From assembly GCA_947625905.1 (NCBI GenBank), contig CANQQJ010000007.1, positions 18,714-82,713 of the forward strand: a stretch of DNA of 64,000 nt, given 5' to 3'. This document shows positions 38,840 through 47,326 of this stretch, in pieces. The translations under genes and the position numbers were made by a program. The notes under the pieces were generated by a model, which saw nothing but the letters and a program-made list of their open reading frames with translations, was not told the DNA's origin and did not search any database. Each line of letters begins with the position of its first letter. The stretch's first letter is position 1. This stretch comes from an uncultured Clostridia bacterium. Its GTDB lineage: Bacteria > Bacillota > Clostridia > Monoglobales > Monoglobaceae.

Positions 38840-39871
38840 ATGGCAAAAATTGTTACAATGGGCGAAATTATGCTCAGATTATCAACACCTAACAACGAGA
38901 AATTCATCCAGGCCGATGAGTTTGACGTAAACTACGGCGGCGGCGAGGCTAACGTTGCGGTATCGCTGGCTAACTACGGCCACGACGCCGAGTTCGTTAC
39001 GGCTGTTCCCGACAACCCGATCGGCGAGTGCGCCGTTGCGGCTCTGCGCAAGATGAACGTTAAGACCGACAACATCGCGAGATGCGGCGAGAGACTGGGC
39101 ATCTACTACCTCGAGACAGGCGCTTCGATGAGAGCCTCGAACGTTGTTTATGACAGAGCTCATTCTTCAATCTCGACAGCCACCGAGGCTGATTTTGATT
39201 TTGACAAGATCTTTGACGGCGCGGATTGGTTCCACTTCACGGGCATTACCCCCGCTGTTTCGGACGCTGCCGCCGAGCTGACGGAAGCCGCTCTTAAAGC
39301 CGCCAAGGCTAAGGGCGTTAAGGTTTCGGTTGACCTCAACTTCCGCAAGAAGCTGTGGTCGAGCGAGAAGGCTCAGAAGATCATGACAAACCTGATGCAG
39401 TATGTTGACGTTTGCATAGGCAACGAGGAAGACGCCGAGAAGGTACTCGGCTTCAAGCCCGGCAACACAGACGTTACAAGCGGCGACCTCGAGCTCGCCG
39501 GCTACGAGGATATCTTCAAGCAGATGGTTGAAAAGTTTAACTTCGAGTATGTTATAAGCTCGCTGCGCGTAAGCCATTCTGCTTCCGACAACGGCTGGTC
39601 GGCATGCATCTACTCAAGAGACACCAAGGAATTCTATCACTCCAGAGAGTACAGAATTTCTCCCATCGTTGACCGCGTAGGCGGCGGCGACTCGTTCGCG
39701 GGCGGCACGATCTGCGGCTTCGTTGACGGAAAGAACTTTAAGGACGCTCTCGAGTTCGGCGTTGCGGCTTCGGCTCTCAAGCACACTATCCCCGGCGACT
39801 TCAATCTGGTTACCCGCGCGGATGTTGAGAACCTGGCGGGCGGCGACGGCAGCGGCCGTGTTCAGAGATAA
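38840..39871 (+). CDS. kdgK: 2-keto-3-deoxygluconate kinase (PfkB family)
   Basis: GEIMLRL, GGGEANVA, DLNFRKKLW, DRVGGGDSF; follows eda. Confidence 0.9.
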   Translation: MAKIVTMGEIMLRLSTPNNEKFIQADEFDVNYGGGEANVAVSLANYGHDAEFVTAVPDNPIGECAVAALRKMNVKTDNIARCGERLGIYYLETGASMRASNVVYDRAHSSISTATEADFDFDKIFDGADWFHFTGITPAVSDAAAELTEAALKAAKAKGVKVSVDLNFRKKLWSSEKAQKIMTNLMQYVDVCIGNEEDAEKVLGFKPGNTDVTSGDLELAGYEDIFKQMVEKFNFEYVISSLRVSHSASDNGWSACIYSRDTKEFYHSREYRISPIVDRVGGGDSFAGGTICGFVDGKNFKDALEFGVAASALKHTIPGDFNLVTRADVENLAGGDGSGRVQR

Positions 39872-39886
39872 TTCTATCGCAAACTT

Positions 39887-39915
39887 AAAGCGGCGCACAT
39901 CGCGCCGCTTTTTTA
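39887..39915. terminator. Terminator after kdgK
   Basis: AAAGCGGCGC-ACATC-GCGCCGCTTT followed by Ts. Confidence 0.8.
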
Positions 39916-40224
39916 TTATGCGTTCCATTGGTATTTTTTCATATCGACGTGTCCGCTCGGGGTGAACTCCACGCCCTCGTCAAGCAGCCGCTGTCTTTGC
40001 TCGGGGAATCCCGGAGCGAGCCGCCCCGCGCTGTTTACCACCCGGTGACAGGGATAGTCGCCGTAATACTCGGATACGCTTAAAATTTTCCCAACGAGAC
40101 GCGCGTTTTTCTCTCTGCCGATAAGGCGGGCTATCTGCCCGTAGGACGCAACTTTTCCCTCGGGGATCTCCCCAACGGCCGAAAGCACCTCGTATATCAG
40201 CTCATCCGAAATAACAGCGGACAT
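39916..40224 (-). CDS. MGMT-family / alkyltransferase-like protein
   Basis: IPEGKVASYGQIA, ARLVG, PCHRVVN. Confidence 0.88.
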   Translation of the reverse strand: MSAVISDELIYEVLSAVGEIPEGKVASYGQIARLIGREKNARLVGKILSVSEYYGDYPCHRVVNSAGRLAPGFPEQRQRLLDEGVEFTPSGHVDMKKYQWNA

Positions 40225-40229
40225 TTTTC

Positions 40230-40886
40230 TCACTCCTTATTGATCCTGTTTAAAATACCTTCATCGTCTATCCCCGGGTGCGTCGCGATCATCCGGATCA
40301 CCTGCTCGGTGAAGTCGGGGTCAAGCCCGAGCTTTTTCGCAATTTTGTATGAGCTCTCGCCCTTGCTCAGACGCTTGGTTATTCCGCGTATGGCGGCGCG
40401 CGGGTCCTTTGGCTTTTTCATAACTTGCGCGGTTTCGGAAATGTCGACGCGCCTTGCGGAATATTCTCCGTTTTCTATGGTAAGCACCGCCCAAGTGATC
40501 GGCAAATCGAATCTGCGTCTGCCGCAGCTCCCGGGATTCAGCCAAAGCCTGCCGCCTCGGGTCTCGCATAAAAACTTGTGGGTGTGCCCGAATATGACAA
40601 TATCGGCGTCGATTTTATCGGAAATATCTTTTTTGTTGTGTATCAGGAAAAATTTTAAGCCGTCCAATGTGAACTCCAGCGTTTCGGGAAGCGCATCAGA
40701 CCAACGGTCGTTGTTGCCTCGGACAGCAAAGAAAGGCGAGCCCGGTTTAAGAGCCGCCTTGATATCGTTATAGTTTTTTTCCGTGGCGAAATCTCCGCCG
40801 TGGATGACCGCGTCCGCGCTGCTTATCGCGGACTTGACCTCCGGACGCAAAGAGCCGTGAGTGTCGGATGTTACAATAATTTTCAT
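40230..40886 (-). CDS. YfcE-family metallophosphoesterase with C-terminal helical extension
   Basis: SDTHG, HGGD, VRGNND, GHTH, NPGS; start MKIIV at 40886. Confidence 0.85.
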   Translation of the reverse strand: MKIIVTSDTHGSLRPEVKSAISSADAVIHGGDFATEKNYNDIKAALKPGSPFFAVRGNNDRWSDALPETLEFTLDGLKFFLIHNKKDISDKIDADIVIFGHTHKFLCETRGGRLWLNPGSCGRRRFDLPITWAVLTIENGEYSARRVDISETAQVMKKPKDPRAAIRGITKRLSKGESSYKIAKKLGLDPDFTEQVIRMIATHPGIDDEGILNRINKE

Positions 40887-40899
40887 AGTGTTAAGAAAT

Positions 40900-40981
40900 C
40901 CCACCTCCGTCTTTTCGCCTTCGGCGAAAATCCACCTCCTCCCGGGAGGAGGCATACGGGCGGATGATATCCGCCCCTACA
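40900..40981 (+). repeat. BoxC-like double hairpin fused to a GTAG-type REP
   Basis: CCCACCTCCGTC-TTTTCGCC-TTC-GGCGAAAA-TCCA-CCTCCTCCCGGGAGGAGGC (40900-40953), then the REP at 40956-40981. Confidence 0.8.
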
Positions 40982-41005
40982 GGGAATGGAACAGATTTTT
41001 AAAAT

Positions 41006-41227
41006 TCAGCAACAGTCACAATCATGATGATGATGGTGGTGATGATGCTCATGATCGTGATCGTGATCGGACAATATCACGCTGTCGATCTTTATCTCGT
41101 TGTATTCCTTGCCTGTCTCAAGGCACTTGCCGCAGTTGTCGCACAGCTTGAGCGGATTTAAGTCGCAGTAGTCGCACTCGCCGCAGCCCGTGCACAGTCT
41201 GTCATACAAAACGCATTGCTTAGCCAT
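41006..41227 (-). CDS. 73-aa Cys/His-rich putative metal-binding protein
   Basis: CxxCxxCxxC and CxxCxxC clusters; tail DHDHDHEHHHHHHHHDCDCC; GGAGG RBS. Confidence 0.75.
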   Translation of the reverse strand: MAKQCVLYDRLCTGCGECDYCDLNPLKLCDNCGKCLETGKEYNEIKIDSVILSDHDHDHEHHHHHHHHDCDCC

Positions 41228-41239
41228 GTCCGAGCCCTC

Positions 41240-42526
41240 CTAAAATTCCGACGCGGCGCGCAGTATGGCGATCTTGGCGCTGTCGTATATAACTCCGCCC
41301 TGCATATAGGCCGTATACGGCTCGCAGATCGGAGCGTCGGCCGAGAGCTCTATCGAGGCTCCCTGCACAAAGGCGCCCGCGGCCATTATGACCGGATCGT
41401 CGTAGCCGGGCATGTCCCAGGGCTCGGGCGTCACATAGCTGTCTATCGGAGAGCCCTTTTGTACCGCTTGGCAAAATTTTATCACGTTTTCGGCGCTGCC
41501 GAATTTTATCGCCTGGATTATGTCGCTGCGCTCGGCCGTGCTCGACGGGCAGACCTCAAAGCCCAGTTCCTCGAACATCGCGGCGCACAGCGCGGCCGTC
41601 TTTATGCTTTCGGCCACGATATGCGGCGCCTGATAAAGGCCCTGATACATATTGCGGTTCATACCGAGGCTGGCGCCCACGTGCTTACCGAGCCCGGGCG
41701 CGGTCAGCCGAAAGCCGACCCTGCGCACACACTCTTTTGTGCCCGCGATATAGCCGCCGCTCAGCGCCAGACTGCCGCCCGCGTTCTTTATCAGCGAGCC
41801 GACTATCAGATCAGCTCCGAGCTCGGTCGGCTCCTTTGTCTCGACGAATATTCCGTAGCAGTTGTCCACCACGCAGAGCGTTTCGGGACTGATCGTTTTA
41901 ACCAGCTTTATTATTTTTCCTATCTCGGCCACCGAGAGCGAGTCGCGCCAGTCGTAGCCCCTTGAGCGCTGGATAAGCACGGCTTTTATTTTCTCGGCCT
42001 TGAGCAGTTTTTCGATGCCGGAATAGTCGGGCTTGCCGTCCTTTAGATCGACTTGGCGGTACCCGACGCCGAAATCCTTGAGCGAGCCGGGATCGGGATG
42101 ATCGCCCTCGCGGATCCCGATAACTTCCTCCATTGTGTCGTAGGGCGCACCCGCGACCGACGCCATAACGTCGCCCGGGCGCAGCACGGCGAACAGACAG
42201 GCAGAGATCGCCTGCGTTCCCGAGACGATATTGTGCCGAACCATAGCGTCCTCGGCGCCGCAGATCTCGGCGTAGACCTTATCGAGAGCGTCTCTTCCCA
42301 GATCGTCATAGCCGTAGCCCGTGGTCTCGCCGAAGTGGGCATACGAAATGCGGTTGTTTTGAAACGCCTTGAGCACCTTCGCCTGATTTATCTCGGCAGT
42401 CCTCTCGATTTTTTCAAACACGCCGCTCAGCCGCTCCGACGCGGTCTCGTATATGCTCAGCGCCTTGTCGGTTATCCCGAAATTTTCTTTGAGACAGCGC
42501 GCGTATTCCTCGTTGTTATTCAGCAT
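41240..42526 (-). CDS. Methionine-gamma-lyase-family / aluminium-resistance (YnbB-like) PLP protein
   Basis: TGYGYDDLGR, SGTQAI, VDNCYG, GSLIKNAGG, EPWDMPGY. Confidence 0.88.
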   Translation of the reverse strand: MLNNNEEYARCLKENFGITDKALSIYETASERLSGVFEKIERTAEINQAKVLKAFQNNRISYAHFGETTGYGYDDLGRDALDKVYAEICGAEDAMVRHNIVSGTQAISACLFAVLRPGDVMASVAGAPYDTMEEVIGIREGDHPDPGSLKDFGVGYRQVDLKDGKPDYSGIEKLLKAEKIKAVLIQRSRGYDWRDSLSVAEIGKIIKLVKTISPETLCVVDNCYGIFVETKEPTELGADLIVGSLIKNAGGSLALSGGYIAGTKECVRRVGFRLTAPGLGKHVGASLGMNRNMYQGLYQAPHIVAESIKTAALCAAMFEELGFEVCPSSTAERSDIIQAIKFGSAENVIKFCQAVQKGSPIDSYVTPEPWDMPGYDDPVIMAAGAFVQGASIELSADAPICEPYTAYMQGGVIYDSAKIAILRAASEF

Positions 42527-42959
42527 AACGGAGCTCGTTCACATCCTTGGCCGACAGAACCTTCACGCCGCCTTCTTTGAGCGCCGTGACCGAGTTCTCA
42601 AGGTCGTTTGTCTTGATTATTATGACCGCCTTGCTCGACTTCTCGCCTATGAACGAGTAGATGTAGTCGATGCTGATATCCTTGTCTTTAAGTATCGTGA
42701 TAACGTCGCTGAAAGCGCCGATGTTGTCGTCGATCGAGATGGCGATAACGTCAGCGGCGTTGGCGGTCATATCGTTGGCGCGGAGCACCTGCTCGGCCTT
42801 TACCGGGTCGTTAACGATCATTCTCAGTATGCCGAAATCGGTCGTGTCGGCGATGTTGATCGCGCGGATGTCAATATTGTTGTCCTTTAATACTTTTGTT
42901 ATCGCGGCAAGTCTGCCGGGTCTGTTTTCCATAAACACGGAAATTTGTTTTACATACAT
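42516..42959 (-). CDS. ACT-domain protein
   Basis: KQISVFMENRPGRL, IADTTDFGILR; typical neighbour of paaK/ior. Confidence 0.88.
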   Translation of the reverse strand: MYVKQISVFMENRPGRLAAITKVLKDNNIDIRAINIADTTDFGILRMIVNDPVKAEQVLRANDMTANAADVIAISIDDNIGAFSDVITILKDKDISIDYIYSFIGEKSSKAVIIIKTNDLENSVTALKEGGVKVLSAKDVNELRYAE

Positions 42960-42975
42960 TTAATTTTACCTCCTA

Positions 42976-43071
42976 TCGTAGTGATTAGTGATTAGTGAAT
43001 AGCGAATAGTATCCTCCCTCTCCCTCCTAAAGGAGGGAGAGGCTGACGGGCGGATAATATCCGCCCCTACA
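42976..43071 (+). repeat. Composite repeat: heptamer array + hairpin + GTAG-type REP
   Basis: Heptamers 42979-43010; CCTCTCCCTCCT-AA-AGGAGGGAGAGGC 43017-43043; REP 43046-43071, identical to the 4289-4314 copy. Confidence 0.82.
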
Positions 43072-43106
43072 ACATGGTAATTGCCGCCTCCTCGGGCGAG
43101 CCTATC

Positions 43107-43688
43107 TCAAGCCTTGCGGCCTAAGGCGAAGGCTTTGAGGTTCACGTCCACCGCCTTTTGGGGAACGGTGGCTTTTATCGTGTCTATCCACGCCTGTTCG
43201 GGGATCTCCATACGTTTTGACAGCACTCCGATGAGCGCCACGTTCGCGCATCTGATATTGCCCGCCGTCATCGCCAGCTCGGCCGCGTCCGCGGGAACTA
43301 TGGCGGCGTTCTTCGCCTTTATCTTTTCGATTATGTTCTCGGGATATTTTTTCGCGCCGATTATGACCGGCATCGGGTCTATATTCTGTGTGTTGCAGAT
43401 AATGGTGCCGCCCTTTTTGAGATAGGGCAGGTATCTGTAGGCCTCAAGCTCCTCAAAAGCCAGTATCAGGTCTGCCTCTCCCTTGTCGATTATCGGCGAC
43501 GCCACGCTCTTGCCGTACTTCACGTAGGTAACGACGCTGCCGCCTCTCTGGGACATGCCGTGCACCTCTGATACTTTCACGTCAAAGCCCTCGCCCAGAA
43601 GCAGATTTCCCAATATGCGGCTGGCAAGCAGAGTTCCCTGTCCGCCGACTCCAACGATCATAATTGATTTGCAGTTTGTATTGTTCAT
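43107..43688 (-). CDS. iorB: Indolepyruvate:ferredoxin oxidoreductase beta subunit
   Basis: GVGGQG, EVHGMSQRGGSV. Confidence 0.92.
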   Translation of the reverse strand: MNNTNCKSIMIVGVGGQGTLLASRILGNLLLGEGFDVKVSEVHGMSQRGGSVVTYVKYGKSVASPIIDKGEADLILAFEELEAYRYLPYLKKGGTIICNTQNIDPMPVIIGAKKYPENIIEKIKAKNAAIVPADAAELAMTAGNIRCANVALIGVLSKRMEIPEQAWIDTIKATVPQKAVDVNLKAFALGRKA

Positions 43689-43698
43689 GATCCGCCTC

Positions 43699-45429
43699 CT
43701 ACTCTATCGCGCCGAAAGCGCACACGCCGCGGCACAGGCCGCAGCCCACGCACTGGGTCTTGTCTATCTCTATCCTGCCGCCCTTGTCCACGATGGCGGG
43801 GCAGCCGAGCTTCATGCACATTCTGCATTTTTTGCACTTGTCTTGATCTATTGCTATGGGGCCCGGGAACTTCACGGATTTAAGCAGCGCGCACGGCCTC
43901 TGCACGATTATCAGCGACGGTTCCTCGGCTGCAAGCTCCTCTTTTATGACCTTCTCGGTGCCCTTTAGGTCAAACGGGTCAACTATCGCTATCCTGTCGA
44001 TGCCGACGGCTTTTCCCAAAAGCTCAAGGTCGACCTGCTTGGTCATCTCGCCTTTTAAGGTCTTGCCTGTCGTGGGGTTGTCCTGATGTCCCGTCATTCC
44101 GGTGATCGAGTTGTCAAGTATCATAACGGTGTTTATGCCCTTATTGTAAACTATGTCGATAAGGCCCGTTATGCCGCTGTGAATAAACGTAGAGTCGCCC
44201 AGGACGGCCACCGTCTTTTTGGCGTAGTCACTGCCTCTCGCCAGCGACATGCCGAACGCCATGCCGATCGACGCGCCCATGCAAACGACCGAATGTATCG
44301 ACTGCAGCGGCGCCGCGGCGCCCAAGGTGTAGCAGCCGATATCTCCGCACACATTGACGCCAAGCTTTTTTAAAATATAGAACGTGCCTCTGTGGGGGCA
44401 GCCGGCGCACAGCACGGGCGGGCGGACGGGGATCTCCTCGTCGGGCTCGTCGAACGCGGCGCCCTTGGTTCCGCTGATAAGCTCCTTGATCTGTCTTGTC
44501 GAGAACTCGTAACACATGGGGAACAGCTCTTTGCCTATCGGCTCAAGGCCGATATTGCGGCAATGCTCCTCGATGAACGGGTCGAGCTCCTCAACCACGT
44601 ACAGCTTATCCACCTTGGCGGCGAACTCTTTTATAAGCTTTGTCGGCATGGGATACGCCATTCCCAGCTTCAGCACCGAAACGTCGTTTCCGAACGCCTC
44701 GCGCACATAGTTATAGCACATTCCGCTTGTAATTATTCCGATCTTGGTGTCGCCGTATTCCGCGCGGTTGAGCGGAGTTGTTTCGGCGTACTCCGCGAGC
44801 TTCTTTGTACGCTCCTCCACAACCGGGTGGCGGCGTATCGCGCTCGACGGCATCATTACATATTTTGAAATATCGATTTCGTAATCCTTAAGCTCCGGCA
44901 CCTCTCTGTCCTCAATGGGCGTCACGCTCTGGGAGTGCGCCACTCTGGTCGACAATCTGAACAGCACGGGGGTGTCGTATTCCTCGCTGATCTCGTAGGC
45001 GAGCTTGACGAACTCCTTACACTCTTTGCTGTCCGAAGGCTCGAGCATGGGGATCTTCGCGGCCTTGGCGTAGTTGCGGCTGTCCTGCTCGTTCTGAGAC
45101 GAGTGCATGCTCGGGTCGTCCGCGACGGCGATAACCATGCCGCCGTTGACTCCTGTATACGACGCGGTAAAAAGCGGGTCGGCGGCCACATTGAGGCCGA
45201 CGTGCTTCATGGCGCAGAACGATCTTGCTCCGCCTACCGCCGCGCCAAGCGCAACCTCGGCGGCGACCTTCTCGTTCGGCGCCCACTCGGCGTATATCTC
45301 ATCGTATTTCGCGGCGAACTCCGATATCTCGGTGCTCGGCGTGCCCGGATAGGCCGAGGCGACAGTCACTCCGCACTCCCAAAGTCCGCGGGCGACCGCC
45401 TCGTTTCCGAGCATAAGCTTTTTCTGCAT
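43699..45429 (-). CDS. iorA: Indolepyruvate:ferredoxin oxidoreductase alpha subunit
   Basis: GNEAVARG, YPGTPSTE, MKHVGLNVA, CAGCPHR, GDIGCY; C-terminal ferredoxin. Confidence 0.94.
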   Translation of the reverse strand: MQKKLMLGNEAVARGLWECGVTVASAYPGTPSTEISEFAAKYDEIYAEWAPNEKVAAEVALGAAVGGARSFCAMKHVGLNVAADPLFTASYTGVNGGMVIAVADDPSMHSSQNEQDSRNYAKAAKIPMLEPSDSKECKEFVKLAYEISEEYDTPVLFRLSTRVAHSQSVTPIEDREVPELKDYEIDISKYVMMPSSAIRRHPVVEERTKKLAEYAETTPLNRAEYGDTKIGIITSGMCYNYVREAFGNDVSVLKLGMAYPMPTKLIKEFAAKVDKLYVVEELDPFIEEHCRNIGLEPIGKELFPMCYEFSTRQIKELISGTKGAAFDEPDEEIPVRPPVLCAGCPHRGTFYILKKLGVNVCGDIGCYTLGAAAPLQSIHSVVCMGASIGMAFGMSLARGSDYAKKTVAVLGDSTFIHSGITGLIDIVYNKGINTVMILDNSITGMTGHQDNPTTGKTLKGEMTKQVDLELLGKAVGIDRIAIVDPFDLKGTEKVIKEELAAEEPSLIIVQRPCALLKSVKFPGPIAIDQDKCKKCRMCMKLGCPAIVDKGGRIEIDKTQCVGCGLCRGVCAFGAIE

Positions 45430-45432
45430 ACT

Positions 45433-46749
45433 TTAATTCTCTCCTCTCAAGTCAACTATTCTCTTGGCTTTGCCCGTGGTGCGCTCGATCGACTTGGGCT
45501 CGGCCAGCCTCAGCTTGGCGCGGAGGCCCAGCACGCTGTTGAGACGCTCCGACATCTCGCGGGTCAGCTTTTCGATCTCGGAATATTTCTCGAGCAGCGA
45601 GCCGTCTATCAGCTCGACTACGATCTCCAGTTTATCCAGCATATTCTCACGGCGCAGGATAAGCTGATAGTTGGGGCTGACCTGCGGGAACTCGAGCACA
45701 ACGCTCTCGATCTCCGACGGGAACAGATTTACTCCCTTTATCTTTATCATGTCGTCGGTCCTGCCCTGGATAGGCGCGAGTCTGTACGAGGTCCTGCCGC
45801 ACTTGCAGGGCTCCTCGATCAGGTAGGATATGTCGCGGGTCCTGTAGCGGACGACGGGCATGGCCTCTTTGGCAAGGGTCGTGATAACGACCTCTCCGGG
45901 CTCTCCGGCGGGCAGCACTTCGCCCGTTTTGGGGTCGATGATCTCAACGATGAACATATCCTCGTTGATGTGCTCGCCGCATTTGTAGATACACTCTCCC
46001 GAAACGCCGGGGCCCATGACCTCGGTCAGACCATAGTTGGATGTGACAAGCATATTGAGCGAATGCTCAAGGCTTAAGCGCATATTCTCGCTCATCGCCT
46101 CGGAGCCGAACAAGCCATACTTGAGCTTCATTCTCTTGAGCAGGTCTTTTTCTTTTATTATCTCGGCCAGATATGTAGCGTATGACGGAGTTGCTACCAG
46201 ACCGGTGGCGCCGAAGTCTTCCATCAGCATCAGCTGGCGCTGGGTGTTGCCGCTGGATATCGGCACGATCGTGGCGCCGACTTTTTCGATACCGTAGTGC
46301 AGGCCGAATCCGCCCGTGAACAGGCCGTAGCCGAACGAGATCTGCACCACGTCGGTCTCGTCGATTCCCGCGCCCATAACGATCCTGGCGATCGCCTCGG
46401 ACCATGTGTCAAGGTCCTTTTGGGTATAGCCCGCCACTACCGGCTTTCCGGTCGTGCCCGACGAGGCGTGTATGCGGACAACTTTGTTCATGGGCTCGGC
46501 GAACAGGCCGAAGGGGTAATTGTCGCGCAGATCGTCCTTTGTGGTAAACGGCAGGTTTTTGAGATCGTCAAGAGATTTCACCATCTCGGGCTTTATCCCC
46601 AGACTGTCGAAACGGTCGCGGTAGAACTTGACGTTGCTATACGCCTTGTCAAGCATATAGCGCAGCCTCTCCAGCTGGATTTCCTCGATTTTCGAATGGT
46701 CTTTTTCACATTCAATGTCTTTGTTCCAAATTTTTACTTGCTCTTGCAT
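45433..46749 (-). CDS. paaK: Phenylacetate-CoA ligase family protein
   Basis: HASSGTTGKP, YGLFTGGFG, YGLTE, RYRTRD, GRTDDM; start MQEQV at 46749. Confidence 0.88.
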   Translation of the reverse strand: MQEQVKIWNKDIECEKDHSKIEEIQLERLRYMLDKAYSNVKFYRDRFDSLGIKPEMVKSLDDLKNLPFTTKDDLRDNYPFGLFAEPMNKVVRIHASSGTTGKPVVAGYTQKDLDTWSEAIARIVMGAGIDETDVVQISFGYGLFTGGFGLHYGIEKVGATIVPISSGNTQRQLMLMEDFGATGLVATPSYATYLAEIIKEKDLLKRMKLKYGLFGSEAMSENMRLSLEHSLNMLVTSNYGLTEVMGPGVSGECIYKCGEHINEDMFIVEIIDPKTGEVLPAGEPGEVVITTLAKEAMPVVRYRTRDISYLIEEPCKCGRTSYRLAPIQGRTDDMIKIKGVNLFPSEIESVVLEFPQVSPNYQLILRRENMLDKLEIVVELIDGSLLEKYSEIEKLTREMSERLNSVLGLRAKLRLAEPKSIERTTGKAKRIVDLRGEN

Positions 46750-47008
46750 GTTTATCTCCTTTTTTCGGGCGGCGCGAGGCCGTCCTTTTCTACTTATTAT
46801 ATACATTAAGAATATTATATCATTACGCGGAGCATATTGCAAGCACTATTTTATTTTATATCTCGCATCTTTAAAATACCCGTTCACGTCAAAAAAGCGG
46901 CATTTTATGCTCCGGGTATTGAAAAATATATTTTATTGTAGTATAATACATTGGATAAAACTGAAATGAATAAATAATTTTAAAATATTTTAATCGGAGG
47001 TATCTATT

Positions 47009-47326
47009 ATGTTATTGGTAAACACGGATTATATCAGCGGAAAGGAACTGGAAACGCTGGGCCTTGTAAAGGGCAGCACTATCCAGTCAAAAAACATCGG
47101 CAAGGACCTCACTCAAAGCTTTAAGACGCTCGTGGGCGGCGAGCTTAAAGCTTACACCCAAATGATGAACGAGGCGAGAGATCTCGCAACGAGCCGCATG
47201 ATCGCCGAGGCGGAAGCAATGGGAGCCGACGCGGTCGTGAACATAAGATATTCATCCGCCGCCGTTATGCAGGGAGCGGCAGAGGTCATGGCGTGCGGAA
47301 CAGCTGTGAAATTTACAAACAAATGA
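47009..47326 (+). CDS. YbjQ (UPF0145) family protein
   Basis: LVGGELKAYT, GADAVVNIR, GTAVK. Confidence 0.9.
   Translation: MLLVNTDYISGKELETLGLVKGSTIQSKNIGKDLTQSFKTLVGGELKAYTQMMNEARDLATSRMIAEAEAMGADAVVNIRYSSAAVMQGAAEVMACGTAVKFTNK

Noticed and set aside
42516-46749. paaK-iorAB-ACT cluster as a novel pathway
   Set aside because: A well-known arrangement in anaerobes.
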